In this document: positions 25,414-34,704 of the stretch, one piece after another
How positions within the stretch are numbered: the first letter of the stretch is position 1
How the letters are laid out: every line of letters starts with the position of its first letter
Origin: Bacteroidia bacterium
GTDB lineage: Bacteria > Bacteroidota > Bacteroidia > B-17B0 > Aurantibacillaceae
Direction: 5' to 3'
NCBI GenBank assembly: GCA_026418315.1
Contig: JAOABO010000001.1
Location: forward strand, 1 to 49,926
DNA length: 49,926 bases
Program-made: the position numbers and the translations under genes
Notes under the pieces: generated by a model
What the model was told of the DNA's origin: nothing
Database searches by the model: none
The model's input: only the letters and a program-made list of their open reading frames with translations

Positions 25414-27108
25414 TTATAAACTCAATTTTTTATACCGTGGTCTTTTAGGTTCAACATTACCTAAACGTTTCTTTTTATTTTCCTCGTATTCTGAATAAGT
25501 TCCTTCAAACCAATAAAAAGTACTATCTCCTTCGTAAGCGAGTATATGAGTACATACTCTATCTAAAAACCATCTGTCGTGACTAATAATGACAGCACAT
25601 CCTGCAAAGTTTAATAATCCTTCTTCTAATGCTCTTAATGTATTGACATCCAGGTCGTTGGTGGGCTCGTCTAATAATAATACATTACCTCCTTCTTTTA
25701 GGGCTAATGCTAAATGTAATCGGTTTCTTTCTCCTCCGGAAAGTACACCACATTTTTTACCCTGATCAGCACCGGTAAAATTGAATCTCCCAAGGTATGC
25801 ACGGGTGTTAATGGTACGACCTTCAAAAATGAGATTATCTAACCCTCCGCTCACTACTTCAAAAACTGTTTTTTCGGGGTCAATGGCTTTATGTGTTTGG
25901 TCTACATAAGAAATTTTTACAGTAGGACCAATTTTTATTTCTCCTGAAGTGGGTTTTTCTTGTCCCATAATAATTCTAAATAAGGTAGTTTTACCTACAC
26001 CATTGGGCCCAATAATTCCGACAATACCTGCAGGTGGAAGTTTAAAGTTCAGATTTTCAAACAGTATTCTATCATCATACGCTTTTGTAAGATTAATGGC
26101 TTCTATGACATCATTTCCTAAGCGAGGTCCGTTGGGAATAAAAATTTCCAGTTTTTCTTCTTTTGCCTTTACGTCTTCATTTAAGAGTTTTTCATAGTTT
26201 TGTAAACGTGCTTTTTGTTTGGTTCCTCTGCCTTTAACGCCTGCTCTCACCCATTCTAGTTCTCTTTCCAGTGTTTTCAGTCGTTTGCTTTCCTGTTTTT
26301 CTTCTTGTCTTAATCTTTCTTGTTTTTGTTCTAACCAGCTTGTGTAATTTCCTTTCCATGGAATACCTTCTCCTCGGTCTAATTCAAGTATCCAGCCAGC
26401 CACATTATCTAAAAAATATCTATCATGGGTTACTGCAATGACAGTGCCTTTGTAGTTTTTTAAATGTTGTTCCAGCCAATCTACACTTTCTGCGTCTAAG
26501 TGGTTGGTAGGTTCGTCTAATAGTAAAATATCAGGTTCTTGTAAAAGTAAGCGACATAATGCTACTCTCCTTCTTTCTCCACCCGACAATACTTTTATAG
26601 GGGTATCTGACTCAGGGCAGCGAAGTGCATCCATTGCTTTTTCAAGACGATTATCTAGATTCCATAAATCCAAATGGTCTATTTTTTCTTGCAGTTCTGC
26701 CTGACGGTTGATGAGTTTTTCCATTTTATCGGGGTCATTGATAATTTCTTCATCTGAAAATTTATTATTCACTTCTTCATATTCTTTCAGGATATTGACA
26801 TATTCCTGCACACCTTCTCTTACTACTTCTATGACGGTTTTATTTTCATCCAGTTTGGGTTCTTGTTCTAATAATCCAATAGAATAACCGGGAGAATAAT
26901 GTACTTCACCAATATAATCCTTGTCTATTCCTGCAATGATTTTAAGTAAACTGGATTTTCCTGCTCCATTTAATCCAAGCACGCCAATTTTTGCTCCGTA
27001 ATAAAAAGAAAGGTAAATGTCTTTTAATACTTGTTTGTTAGGGGGGTAAATTTTACTGACGTTTACCATGCTGAATATAATCTGTCTGCCCTCATTATTA
27101 TTTGACAT
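25414..27108 (-). CDS. ettA: ABC-F translational throttle protein EttA
   Basis: It has two ABC cassettes (GLNGAGKSS / LSGGERRR; GPNGVGKTT / LSGGERNR) joined by a charged linker, with no TM domain. The start is re-called at MSNNNEGRQIIFSM (ATG at 27108), since a -7 box at 27127-27134 lies inside the longer ORF. Confidence 0.9.
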   Translation of the reverse strand: MSNNNEGRQIIFSMVNVSKIYPPNKQVLKDIYLSFYYGAKIGVLGLNGAGKSSLLKIIAGIDKDYIGEVHYSPGYSIGLLEQEPKLDENKTVIEVVREGVQEYVNILKEYEEVNNKFSDEEIINDPDKMEKLINRQAELQEKIDHLDLWNLDNRLEKAMDALRCPESDTPIKVLSGGERRRVALCRLLLQEPDILLLDEPTNHLDAESVDWLEQHLKNYKGTVIAVTHDRYFLDNVAGWILELDRGEGIPWKGNYTSWLEQKQERLRQEEKQESKRLKTLERELEWVRAGVKGRGTKQKARLQNYEKLLNEDVKAKEEKLEIFIPNGPRLGNDVIEAINLTKAYDDRILFENLNFKLPPAGIVGIIGPNGVGKTTLFRIIMGQEKPTSGEIKIGPTVKISYVDQTHKAIDPEKTVFEVVSGGLDNLIFEGRTINTRAYLGRFNFTGADQGKKCGVLSGGERNRLHLALALKEGGNVLLLDEPTNDLDVNTLRALEEGLLNFAGCAVIISHDRWFLDRVCTHILAYEGDSTFYWFEGTYSEYEENKKKRLGNVEPKRPRYKKLSL

Positions 27109-27126
27109 ATCAAAAATTTTAGGGTG

Positions 27127-27134
27127 CAAAAGTA
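27127..27134 (-). promoter_or_regulatory. Candidate -7 box (TACTTTTG) for ettA
   Basis: Plus-strand CAAAAGTA equals minus-strand TACTTTTG, 19 nt upstream of the ATG at 27108. Confidence 0.45.
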
Positions 27135-27154
27135 ACAATTAATGCTCATCCAAT

Positions 27155-27934
27155 TTACATCAATATTTTTTCCATCAGGGGTATGAATTCTTTGTATGAC
27201 ACATTGTAGTATAGTTTGCCATTTTTTGCTACAGACACGTTTCCTGTTTGTTCGCTTACTAAAATCGCTATAGCATCGGTTTGTTCACTAATGCCAAGTG
27301 CTGCCCGGTGCCTTGTTCCTGCATGATGAGGTATGGTTTCTGATTCGCTGACGGGTAAAATACATTTGGCTGCAAGAATAAGATTATTTTTAATTATAAC
27401 TGCTCCATCGTGCATAGGGGCATTTTTGTAAAAAATACTTTCCAACATATATTCTGTAACAGGGGCATTGACTGGTACGCCTGATTGCTCGTATAAAATT
27501 AAATCGTCCTTTTGATAAACAACAATCAGGGCACCTGTTTTGTTTCTTCCCAGGTTGTAACATGCTTCCTGCAAAATGTTGAGGGGGATGGTATGAATAG
27601 TGTTTTCTTTCAAAACATCTTTTATTTTAAAGATACTGTAATGTTTTTTCCAGAATTCTGTTGACCCAATGAGTAATAAAAATTTTCTGATTTCTTGTTG
27701 AAATATAATGATGATAGTAATTATTCCTACATTGATAAATTTTCCTACCACAGAGCTCAGGAGTTTGAAATCTAATGCCGTTACAATAACCCAAATAATA
27801 TATATTAGCCCTAATCCCCAAAATACCTTTACCGCAGAGGTTCCTTTGATGAGATTATACAGAACATAGAGTAAAACTGATACAAGAAAAATATCCATCA
27901 AATCATTCCATCCGATATGTAATATGCTATTCAC
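27155..27934 (-). CDS. cdaA: Membrane-anchored diadenylate cyclase (c-di-AMP synthase, CdaA type)
   Basis: It has three N-terminal TM helices and a DAC domain (HDGAVII, GTRHRAALGISEQTDAIAILVSEQTG). The start codon is GTG, with a GTGA overlap on the ppx stop. The resulting N-terminus aligns by eye with the Bacillus CdaA N-terminus. Confidence 0.85.
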   Translation of the reverse strand: MNSILHIGWNDLMDIFLVSVLLYVLYNLIKGTSAVKVFWGLGLIYIIWVIVTALDFKLLSSVVGKFINVGIITIIIIFQQEIRKFLLLIGSTEFWKKHYSIFKIKDVLKENTIHTIPLNILQEACYNLGRNKTGALIVVYQKDDLILYEQSGVPVNAPVTEYMLESIFYKNAPMHDGAVIIKNNLILAAKCILPVSESETIPHHAGTRHRAALGISEQTDAIAILVSEQTGNVSVAKNGKLYYNVSYKEFIPLMEKILM

Positions 27935-28857
27935 TTATTGGATATTTTTTGTAATTTGATTTCTTCATATAATTGGTGAATAACTCCGTCTGAAAGACCT
28001 ATTTGAGGAACATATATTTTTTCAATGTTGGCGGTTTTCATAGCGGTGAGGTATATTTTGGCTGCATGAACAATCACATCTGCTCTGTCGGGTTTTAGGC
28101 CGAGTAGTTTTATTCTTTCTTCGTAAGTGTATGATTGCAGCATTTCATATAGTCCTTTTAATCTGTTGAATCCTAATGATTTGTTTTCTTTTTTTCCGCT
28201 CATCTTGTATAGCTTGTTAATATTTCCGCCTGAGCCGATGGCGTAGAGGGGATAAATGCCTTGTGTGTGTTTTTTTATCCAATGTTTCATTTCGTCCCAG
28301 GCATCAGGTTCTAATTTGTTATATAATAATCTTAGGGTTCCTATGTTAAACGATTTGGCGGCAATGGTTTTGTGTTTGTTATATATAGTAATTTCAGTAC
28401 TGCCTCCGCCCACATCAATATACATGTATGCTTTATCGGGGTCTAATATTTCTTCAATATGATTAGCAAAGATGAGGTTGGCTTCTGTTTTTCCATCTAA
28501 TATGTCAATTTTGATGTGGGTTTCTCTTTCAAGTAATTGAATAACTTCTTTTCCGTTGGCGGCATCTCGCATAGCGCTGGTAGCTACTGCTTTGTAGGCG
28601 GTAATATTATATACCTGCATAATGTTGTAATAGGCGTTCATGGTGTGTATTAACCTTTGAATTTTTTCATCGGATATTTTGCCTTGTAAAAAAACATCTT
28701 CGCCCAGCCGAACAGACATTCGTATCAGTTCTTCTTTGTGAAAAAAAACAAAGTTTTTGTCTTCAAATACCCGAGATAACAATAACCTGATAGCATTGCT
28801 TCCTATGTCTATGGCTGCAAGCAGTATTCCAAGTTGTTTGTTAGAAGAGGAGTTCAT
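27931..28857 (-). CDS. ppx: Ppx/GppA-family phosphatase (exopolyphosphatase)
   Basis: 308 aa with the ASKHA-fold N-terminus AAIDIGSNAIRLL and DVGGGSTE. It has an ATGA overlap with the ppk1 stop. Confidence 0.8.
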   Translation of the reverse strand: MNSSSNKQLGILLAAIDIGSNAIRLLLSRVFEDKNFVFFHKEELIRMSVRLGEDVFLQGKISDEKIQRLIHTMNAYYNIMQVYNITAYKAVATSAMRDAANGKEVIQLLERETHIKIDILDGKTEANLIFANHIEEILDPDKAYMYIDVGGGSTEITIYNKHKTIAAKSFNIGTLRLLYNKLEPDAWDEMKHWIKKHTQGIYPLYAIGSGGNINKLYKMSGKKENKSLGFNRLKGLYEMLQSYTYEERIKLLGLKPDRADVIVHAAKIYLTAMKTANIEKIYVPQIGLSDGVIHQLYEEIKLQKISNK

Positions 28858-30944
28858 ATAGTAGATAATTTGTTATTATAGGATAATTCGCGGATATATT
28901 CGTAGGTTTTGTCTTGTGCTCTGAAAACTGGGGTTCCGGGTTCAACAGGTTTATATTTATTAGTTTGATGGCGGTCAATAATTCTGACTTTCTGATTGCC
29001 TGATAATTGTATTTTAAGCAAAGTTTTAATTATTTCCTTTAATGTTTCATCGTATATGGGTGTGGCTACTTCGCTTCTTTGATCAAGATTTCGGGTCATC
29101 CAATCTGCAGAAGAAATAAATATTTTTTCATTTCCTCCATTGTGAAATATAAAAACGCGAGCATGTTCAAGGTATTTGTCTACAATGCTATATGCCCTGA
29201 TATGATCGCTGTAACCGGGTAGTTCTGTAACTAATGAGCAAGAACTTCTTACAATCAGGTCAATTTTTACTCCTGCCTGTGATGCCTGATATAAATGATG
29301 AATCATTTCTCTATCTACAAGATTATTGAGTTTTAATGTAATTTCTGCTTTCAATCCTTTTTTGGCATTTTTGATTTCTTTATTGATAAGGCGTATAAAT
29401 TCTTTTCGCATAGTGAATGGGGACACGATAAGATGTTTGTAATGACCTATTTTTAAATTATCTCTATAAAAATGAAAAACGGTTTCTACATCTTTACATA
29501 TTCCTTTGTGAGCAGTGAGTAAGGAAAGATCTGTGTAAATTCTGGCTGTTTTTTCATTGAAATTACCTGTACCGATGTGAGCAATTTTAAAATGTTGATT
29601 TCGATTTTTTCCTTCAATCAAAAAAAGTTTGGAATGCACCTTTAAACCTCTTACCCCATAAATGACTTCTGCGCCTTCTTCTTTTAGTTTTTCTGCCCAA
29701 TAAATATTATGTTCTTCGTCAAACCTGGCTTGTAGTTCAACAACGGCGGTTACTTTTTTCCCGTTTTTGATAGCATTAATTAAGGCATTGGCAATCCTTG
29801 ATGATTCAGCCAGGCGATAAAGAGTGATGCTAATAGAATGTACGCGAGGGTCAATAGATGCTTCTTGAAGTATTTTAATCAAGTAGTTATATGAATGGTA
29901 TGGAAAATGAAAAAGTAAATCTTTTTTCAAAATAAGATCGATGATGGGTGTATTTAATTCATCTAATTCAGGGATATTAACAGGTGGTGGATTTTGAAAT
30001 GTTAGATGAGGCATATCTAATGTTGGAAAGTTGATGAAATCTTTGAAATTGTGGTATCTTCCGCCTGGAATTAAACTGTCTTTAAGATTGGACATGCCTA
30101 ATTTTCTTGTAATAAATTGTAGCATGTCTTGTGGCATTTCTCTGTCATAAACAAACCTTACAGGTTTGCCTTTTTGCCTGTCTTTTAGTCCTTTACTTAC
30201 TTTTTCAAGTATGCTTTCACTTAAATCATTGTCAATTTCTAATTCTGCGTCTCGTGTCAGCTTAATGTTATAGGCGCCCATGCATTCAAAGCCAAATACG
30301 GAAAATATTTCATTGATATTGTATCTGATAACATCGTCTAATAGTATAATATACTTTCGGTTTTCAATGGATGGTAATATAACAAATCTGCTCAAAACTT
30401 TTGTGGGTACTTCTATCAGAGCATATTTTACTTGAGTAGGATATAGTTTGGATCTTAATTTGATGTAAAGATAACCGTATTTGTCTTTTAAGAATGGGAA
30501 TGGTTTTTTACTGTCTATCAGGATAGGAAACAAAGAGGGCATTACTTCATTATGAAAGAAATCTGTAATGAATTTTTTATGTTGAGATAAAATTTCTTTT
30601 TCATTAATGATATAAATATTATTTTCTTTTAATTCCTCTAATATTTGTAAATAAAGTTCATCAAACTTTTGTTGTTGGATAAGTACTTTATTTTGCAGTT
30701 GTTTGAGTAATACTTCAGGATCTTCTCCATAAATTTCTACAGCACGATGTCCTAATTTTATCAATCTTTTTACAGTGGCTACTCTTACGCGGTAAAACTC
30801 ATCTCTGTTATTACTAAAAATACCTAAGAACCTTAATCTTTCTAATAATGGGTTTCTTTTGTCTTCTGCTTCTTGTAGCACTCTTTCATTGAAAGAGAGC
30901 CAGCTTATTTCACGATTAATGTGTGGAATAAATTGCTTTTTCAT
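28854..30944 (-). CDS. ppk1: Polyphosphate kinase 1
   Basis: 696 aa with the N-terminal INREISWLSFNERVLQEA and two PLD-like HKD-type C-terminal domains (VHSKL.., HARVF..). Confidence 0.95.
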   Translation of the reverse strand: MKKQFIPHINREISWLSFNERVLQEAEDKRNPLLERLRFLGIFSNNRDEFYRVRVATVKRLIKLGHRAVEIYGEDPEVLLKQLQNKVLIQQQKFDELYLQILEELKENNIYIINEKEILSQHKKFITDFFHNEVMPSLFPILIDSKKPFPFLKDKYGYLYIKLRSKLYPTQVKYALIEVPTKVLSRFVILPSIENRKYIILLDDVIRYNINEIFSVFGFECMGAYNIKLTRDAELEIDNDLSESILEKVSKGLKDRQKGKPVRFVYDREMPQDMLQFITRKLGMSNLKDSLIPGGRYHNFKDFINFPTLDMPHLTFQNPPPVNIPELDELNTPIIDLILKKDLLFHFPYHSYNYLIKILQEASIDPRVHSISITLYRLAESSRIANALINAIKNGKKVTAVVELQARFDEEHNIYWAEKLKEEGAEVIYGVRGLKVHSKLFLIEGKNRNQHFKIAHIGTGNFNEKTARIYTDLSLLTAHKGICKDVETVFHFYRDNLKIGHYKHLIVSPFTMRKEFIRLINKEIKNAKKGLKAEITLKLNNLVDREMIHHLYQASQAGVKIDLIVRSSCSLVTELPGYSDHIRAYSIVDKYLEHARVFIFHNGGNEKIFISSADWMTRNLDQRSEVATPIYDETLKEIIKTLLKIQLSGNQKVRIIDRHQTNKYKPVEPGTPVFRAQDKTYEYIRELSYNNKLSTI

Positions 30945-30956
30945 AGTTGATGTATA

Positions 30957-31070
30957 TTATTTTTTGCAACATGAATCATTATTACTGCATTTTTTTTTGG
31001 ATTTGAATTTATATATCAAATAAGATATTGAAATGAACAGTAGTGTGTATATAATAAATTTATCTAGCAT
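30957..31070 (-). CDS. Candidate 37-aa membrane micro-protein with a Lys-rich, Cys-rich tail
   Basis: My own translation gives MLDKFIIYTLLFISISYLIYKFKSKKKCSNNDSCCKK*. There is one hydrophobic helix, a KSKKK stop-transfer and three Cys. The stop is 13 nt before the ppk1 ATG. It is below the ORF-track length cut-off. The architecture resembles the small FeoB-associated Cys-rich membrane protein family as I remember it. Confidence 0.4.
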   Translation of the reverse strand: MLDKFIIYTLLFISISYLIYKFKSKKKCSNNDSCCKK

Positions 31071-31105
31071 AATAAGTGTGTTTTGTGATTAAGGATTATA
31101 TTTTT

Positions 31106-32251
31106 TCAAATAGCAGTTACTTTAATCAGTTCTTTGATTTTTTTGGCTTTTTGTAAAGCAGCAGTCAGTGTTTTGTCTGTAATGGTGATATGTCCCATTT
31201 TTCTGAAAGGTTTTACTTTCTTTTTACCATAGATGTGTGGATACACACCACTGTACTTTAAAGTATTTTCTATTCCAACATAATGAGCATTACCTTCAAA
31301 TCCTTCTGAACCTAATAAATTCAACATTACGGCGGGTCGGATTAAAGAAGTGTCTCCAAGTGGAAAATTAAGTATAGCTCGCCAGTGTTGTTCAAACTGA
31401 GAGGTTATGCAGGCCTCTATAGTATGGTGTCCGGAATTGTGTACTCGGGGTGCCATTTCATTTACATATAGCTTACCATCTTTGCTCAAGAAGAACTCTA
31501 TAGCCAAGGTTCCAACCAGATTTAATTGCTCAGCAATTTTTTTGGATAATTGTTCAGCGTTGGTGAGAGTATTTTCTGATATTTTAGCGGGGCATATTAA
31601 ATAATCTACTAAATGTGCCTGAGGGTTAAATATACTTTCTACTGCCGGAAAAGTTTTTATTTCTCCTGCCTGATTGCGAGCAACGATGATGCTTATTTCT
31701 TTTTCAACATCTACCATTCGCTCCAAAACACTAGGTTCATCAAAGGCATGAGAAATATGGTTTTTATTAGATAGTTTTTTTACACCTTTTCCATCATATC
31801 CGCCTCTTCTTGTTTTTTGAAAAAATGGAAAATAATCTGTATATTTTTCAATTTGCTCTTTGTTATCTACTAAAAAAAAATCTGCTGTGGGAATACCGTT
31901 GGTTTGATAAAATATTTTTTGTAAGCCCTTATCCTGAATCATTTCTATAATTTCTGGTTGTGGATACACTTCTTTGCCTTCTTGTTGCAATTTCTTAAGT
32001 GCTTCAACATTGACATTTTCAATTTCAATTGTAATTAAATCTAATTTTTTTCCAAAATGATAAACATCTTCAAAGTTTTTAAAATCACCTTTGATAAAAT
32101 GAGGCGTGATATTTTTACATGGGGCATTGTTGTCAGGATCAAGAACATAAACTTCTAATGCAAAATCTATTGCTTTTTGTAAAAGCATTCTGCCTAACTG
32201 GCCGCCACCTAAAATGCCAATTTTTTTGTGATTAAACGGAATCATTACCAA
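31106..32251 (-). CDS. purK: N5-carboxyaminoimidazole ribonucleotide synthase
   Basis: 381 aa ATP-grasp protein with the N-terminal KIGILGGGQLGRML and EMAPRVHNSGH. Confidence 0.9.
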   Translation of the reverse strand: MVMIPFNHKKIGILGGGQLGRMLLQKAIDFALEVYVLDPDNNAPCKNITPHFIKGDFKNFEDVYHFGKKLDLITIEIENVNVEALKKLQQEGKEVYPQPEIIEMIQDKGLQKIFYQTNGIPTADFFLVDNKEQIEKYTDYFPFFQKTRRGGYDGKGVKKLSNKNHISHAFDEPSVLERMVDVEKEISIIVARNQAGEIKTFPAVESIFNPQAHLVDYLICPAKISENTLTNAEQLSKKIAEQLNLVGTLAIEFFLSKDGKLYVNEMAPRVHNSGHHTIEACITSQFEQHWRAILNFPLGDTSLIRPAVMLNLLGSEGFEGNAHYVGIENTLKYSGVYPHIYGKKKVKPFRKMGHITITDKTLTAALQKAKKIKELIKVTAI

Positions 32252-32297
32252 TTTTTTCAGGCAGTAAGTTACATTATTTTTGACTGAATTTGGTAAC

Positions 32298-32804
32298 TTA
32301 TTTGAGTGTTTTTAATTTCTTAATATGTATATAATGAATAATGGTATCTTTCATTTGTATGGGTTTAATTTTTCTGTACTTGGTTCCTGTTTCAATTCCA
32401 ATCAGGTTATTATACAAATCCATTTGAATGCTGGCACTGTCGGGAATATCCCAATATTCTGTTTTTCTTTTCTTTAAAAAATAAGAGAGGTCATCTTTTT
32501 CATGAGCAATTCCCAGTTTAATCAATTTTTTTGCTTTTACTTTTTGTGCAAAACAAGCCATAAAAAAGCCGTGTCGAAAGGCATCTAACTTTCCGCCGTT
32601 TTCAATTGTATCCAGAATTTTTTGTTGTTTTACTTGTTGGTAAATCGGATAATTTTTCTTGTATATTTTTTTTACTTTAATAGCAGCAATAGGATGAAAA
32701 AATGCCCATTGATACTGATGTTTTCCTTTGTGTTGAGAATAGTAATTGGATGAACAAAAAATAATAAATATGAAAACAAAAATAAATTGGCTGGTTTGAA
32801 ACAT
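32298..32804 (-). CDS. Secreted hypothetical protein with DAFRH...HE...MDLYNN motifs
   Basis: 168 aa with a hydrophobic N-terminus. The motifs LDAFRHGFFMACFAQ, GIAHEKDD and QMDLYNNLIG resemble an uncharacterised family (DUF6973-like, from memory). It has a 1-nt overlap with the upstream gene. Confidence 0.55.
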   Translation of the reverse strand: MFQTSQFIFVFIFIIFCSSNYYSQHKGKHQYQWAFFHPIAAIKVKKIYKKNYPIYQQVKQQKILDTIENGGKLDAFRHGFFMACFAQKVKAKKLIKLGIAHEKDDLSYFLKKRKTEYWDIPDSASIQMDLYNNLIGIETGTKYRKIKPIQMKDTIIHYIHIKKLKTLK

Positions 32805-34081
32805 TATCTTTTTAGGGTATTTATCCTTAATAATCCTACTAATTGGTCATAATAAAATCCTCGTGGACGATGATACACAAAAATATAATAATCATTTTCT
32901 GTTTGCCAGTAATTTCCTTCTGTTTCTGACTCATCACATTTGGAGGTATTATCATAAAGCAGGGTATATATATAATTGTAATAACCTTGCTTTAAATACA
33001 TGGTGCATTCGTATGATTGGGTAGTTTCATTGTAAATCATTTTATTCTCGTCGGTTAATTGCCAATTATTGATTTTACTTAATATATACATATTTCCGTT
33101 TTTTGCAGGAAGAGGGTAGTAGTACTGAAAGTGCACAAAAGCATAATCGGCTTCAGTATCGGGGTTAGATAATTTATCGTTATTGCGTATTAAAAAATTT
33201 CCATTCAAATCGTTTTGAAAAGCATACTTTTGCTTGTATCTTGGCTCGTCACGAGTTAAATAAACATGCCACTTTCCATTATCATCTTTGATTATATTGG
33301 CTATTTTTTCGGTATAAGTGAATAGGGTACGAATATCAAAGTAACGGAATTCATTGGAGCCGGAAAATGTTGTGCGGTCGTCTAAATTGAATTGAAAACT
33401 ATTTCCTGTCATAAAAGTAGCAGGAATATTTTTTACCATATTATCCAATCGGCCGTTTTGCATAATGAAAATTTTCATATCTGTAACAGGGTTAGTTAAT
33501 TCATATTTTCGGGAACTAATGGTAAAATCAATATGTTGGCCGGTATATTGGATGTCATTGCCAATAGGTTGAGAAATTTGTGCCGCAATATCTACTACAT
33601 TATTTAAAACATAAAAGCGACGGGTGGCTACAATTTTATTTTTATCGGGGGTTTCATATAATACCAACAAATAATTTCCTGCTTTTGTAAATCGGCAATT
33701 GGCAGTAGGATATTTAATGTCGTAGTGCGTATATTTTTGCAATGTGTTTTGAGAAAAAGAGTAGTTTAAAATATTAAGTTCAAAAAATCCATCCATGTAT
33801 TCAGAGGTCATTAAATCGCTTGGGTTCCAATAGGCATCACAATGAATAAAATAAATAGAATAGTTTTTTACATCTGCATGGAGGTCATCAAAACTGAGCT
33901 GTAATTGTTGTGCAGGATTGTTTAAATCTAATACAGGTAAGCCCATTTCAAAATCGGCAGGATGAAGAAAAAGAGAACGGATGTTGCTTTTATAAATGCA
34001 ATCTTCGTATTTTAATGTTTGAGCTACAACATCTTGGAATAAAAAAACAATAATGCTAAATAAAAAAAATAAAAACCGCAT
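32804..34081 (-). CDS. DUF5103-like secreted protein (possible type IX secretion system plug-protein family)
   Basis: 425 aa with a signal peptide and a beta-rich body. The N-terminal region IRSLFLHP...LQLSFDDLHADVKNYSIYFIHCDAYWNPSDLMTSEYMDGF matches my memory of the DUF5103 signature. It has a 1-nt overlap with plsY. Confidence 0.45.
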   Translation of the reverse strand: MRFLFFLFSIIVFLFQDVVAQTLKYEDCIYKSNIRSLFLHPADFEMGLPVLDLNNPAQQLQLSFDDLHADVKNYSIYFIHCDAYWNPSDLMTSEYMDGFFELNILNYSFSQNTLQKYTHYDIKYPTANCRFTKAGNYLLVLYETPDKNKIVATRRFYVLNNVVDIAAQISQPIGNDIQYTGQHIDFTISSRKYELTNPVTDMKIFIMQNGRLDNMVKNIPATFMTGNSFQFNLDDRTTFSGSNEFRYFDIRTLFTYTEKIANIIKDDNGKWHVYLTRDEPRYKQKYAFQNDLNGNFLIRNNDKLSNPDTEADYAFVHFQYYYPLPAKNGNMYILSKINNWQLTDENKMIYNETTQSYECTMYLKQGYYNYIYTLLYDNTSKCDESETEGNYWQTENDYYIFVYHRPRGFYYDQLVGLLRINTLKR

Positions 34082-34704
34082 CAGGTTTTCGCTTTAATAA
34101 ACTTTACTTGCGACTCTGTTTTATTGAGCAATCTGCGGATATTTTTGCGATGTGTAATAATCAGTAATATTGCAATTAAAATAGAATAAACGGTAAGTGT
34201 TGTTTGTTGATTATTCATAATTAAATGTAAAATAATAGGATAGCTCACTCCCGCCGACATGGAACTTAAAGAAACATATTGAGTAGTGAATAAAACCAAC
34301 AAAAATACTACCAACGCTAATGCACACGAGATAGGTGTAATAATCAATGTAGCACCCATTAATGTAGCTACACCTTTTCCGCCTCTGAATCCCGCAAAAA
34401 TCGGAAAAATATGCCCAAAAACAGAAGAAATAGCTAATCCAATTTCTATATCAACAAACTCTTGTGTAGGAAGCGTATTCTCAAATAAATAAGACATACT
34501 TACTGCAGCACTGCCTTTTAGTATATCTATTAACAAAACAAGAGTACCTGGCTTTTTTCCTAAAACTCTAAAAGTATTTGTTGCTCCTGCATTGCCGCTA
34601 CCATGCTCACGAATATCTATTCCGTAAAAATACTTTCCAATCCATACCGATGTTGGTATAGACCCAAGAATATATGCTAATAGGATTAATACAGGTATGG
34701 CCAT
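34081..34704 (-). CDS. plsY: Glycerol-3-phosphate acyltransferase (acyl-phosphate dependent)
   Basis: Contains GSIPTSVWIGK and HGSGNAGATN blocks and is polytopic. The start is re-called at MAIPVLILLAY (ATG at 34704). Confidence 0.9.
   Translation of the reverse strand: MAIPVLILLAYILGSIPTSVWIGKYFYGIDIREHGSGNAGATNTFRVLGKKPGTLVLLIDILKGSAAVSMSYLFENTLPTQEFVDIEIGLAISSVFGHIFPIFAGFRGGKGVATLMGATLIITPISCALALVVFLLVLFTTQYVSLSSMSAGVSYPIILHLIMNNQQTTLTVYSILIAILLIITHRKNIRRLLNKTESQVKFIKAKT

Noticed and set aside
32265-32300. Inverted repeat TAAGTTAC-N20-GTAACTTA spanning the stop of the 168-aa gene, just upstream of purK
   Set aside because: It might be a weak terminator or attenuator between the two genes. 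However, it has an AT-rich 8-bp stem, a 20-nt loop and no U-tract on the transcribed (minus) strand. The evidence is insufficient.
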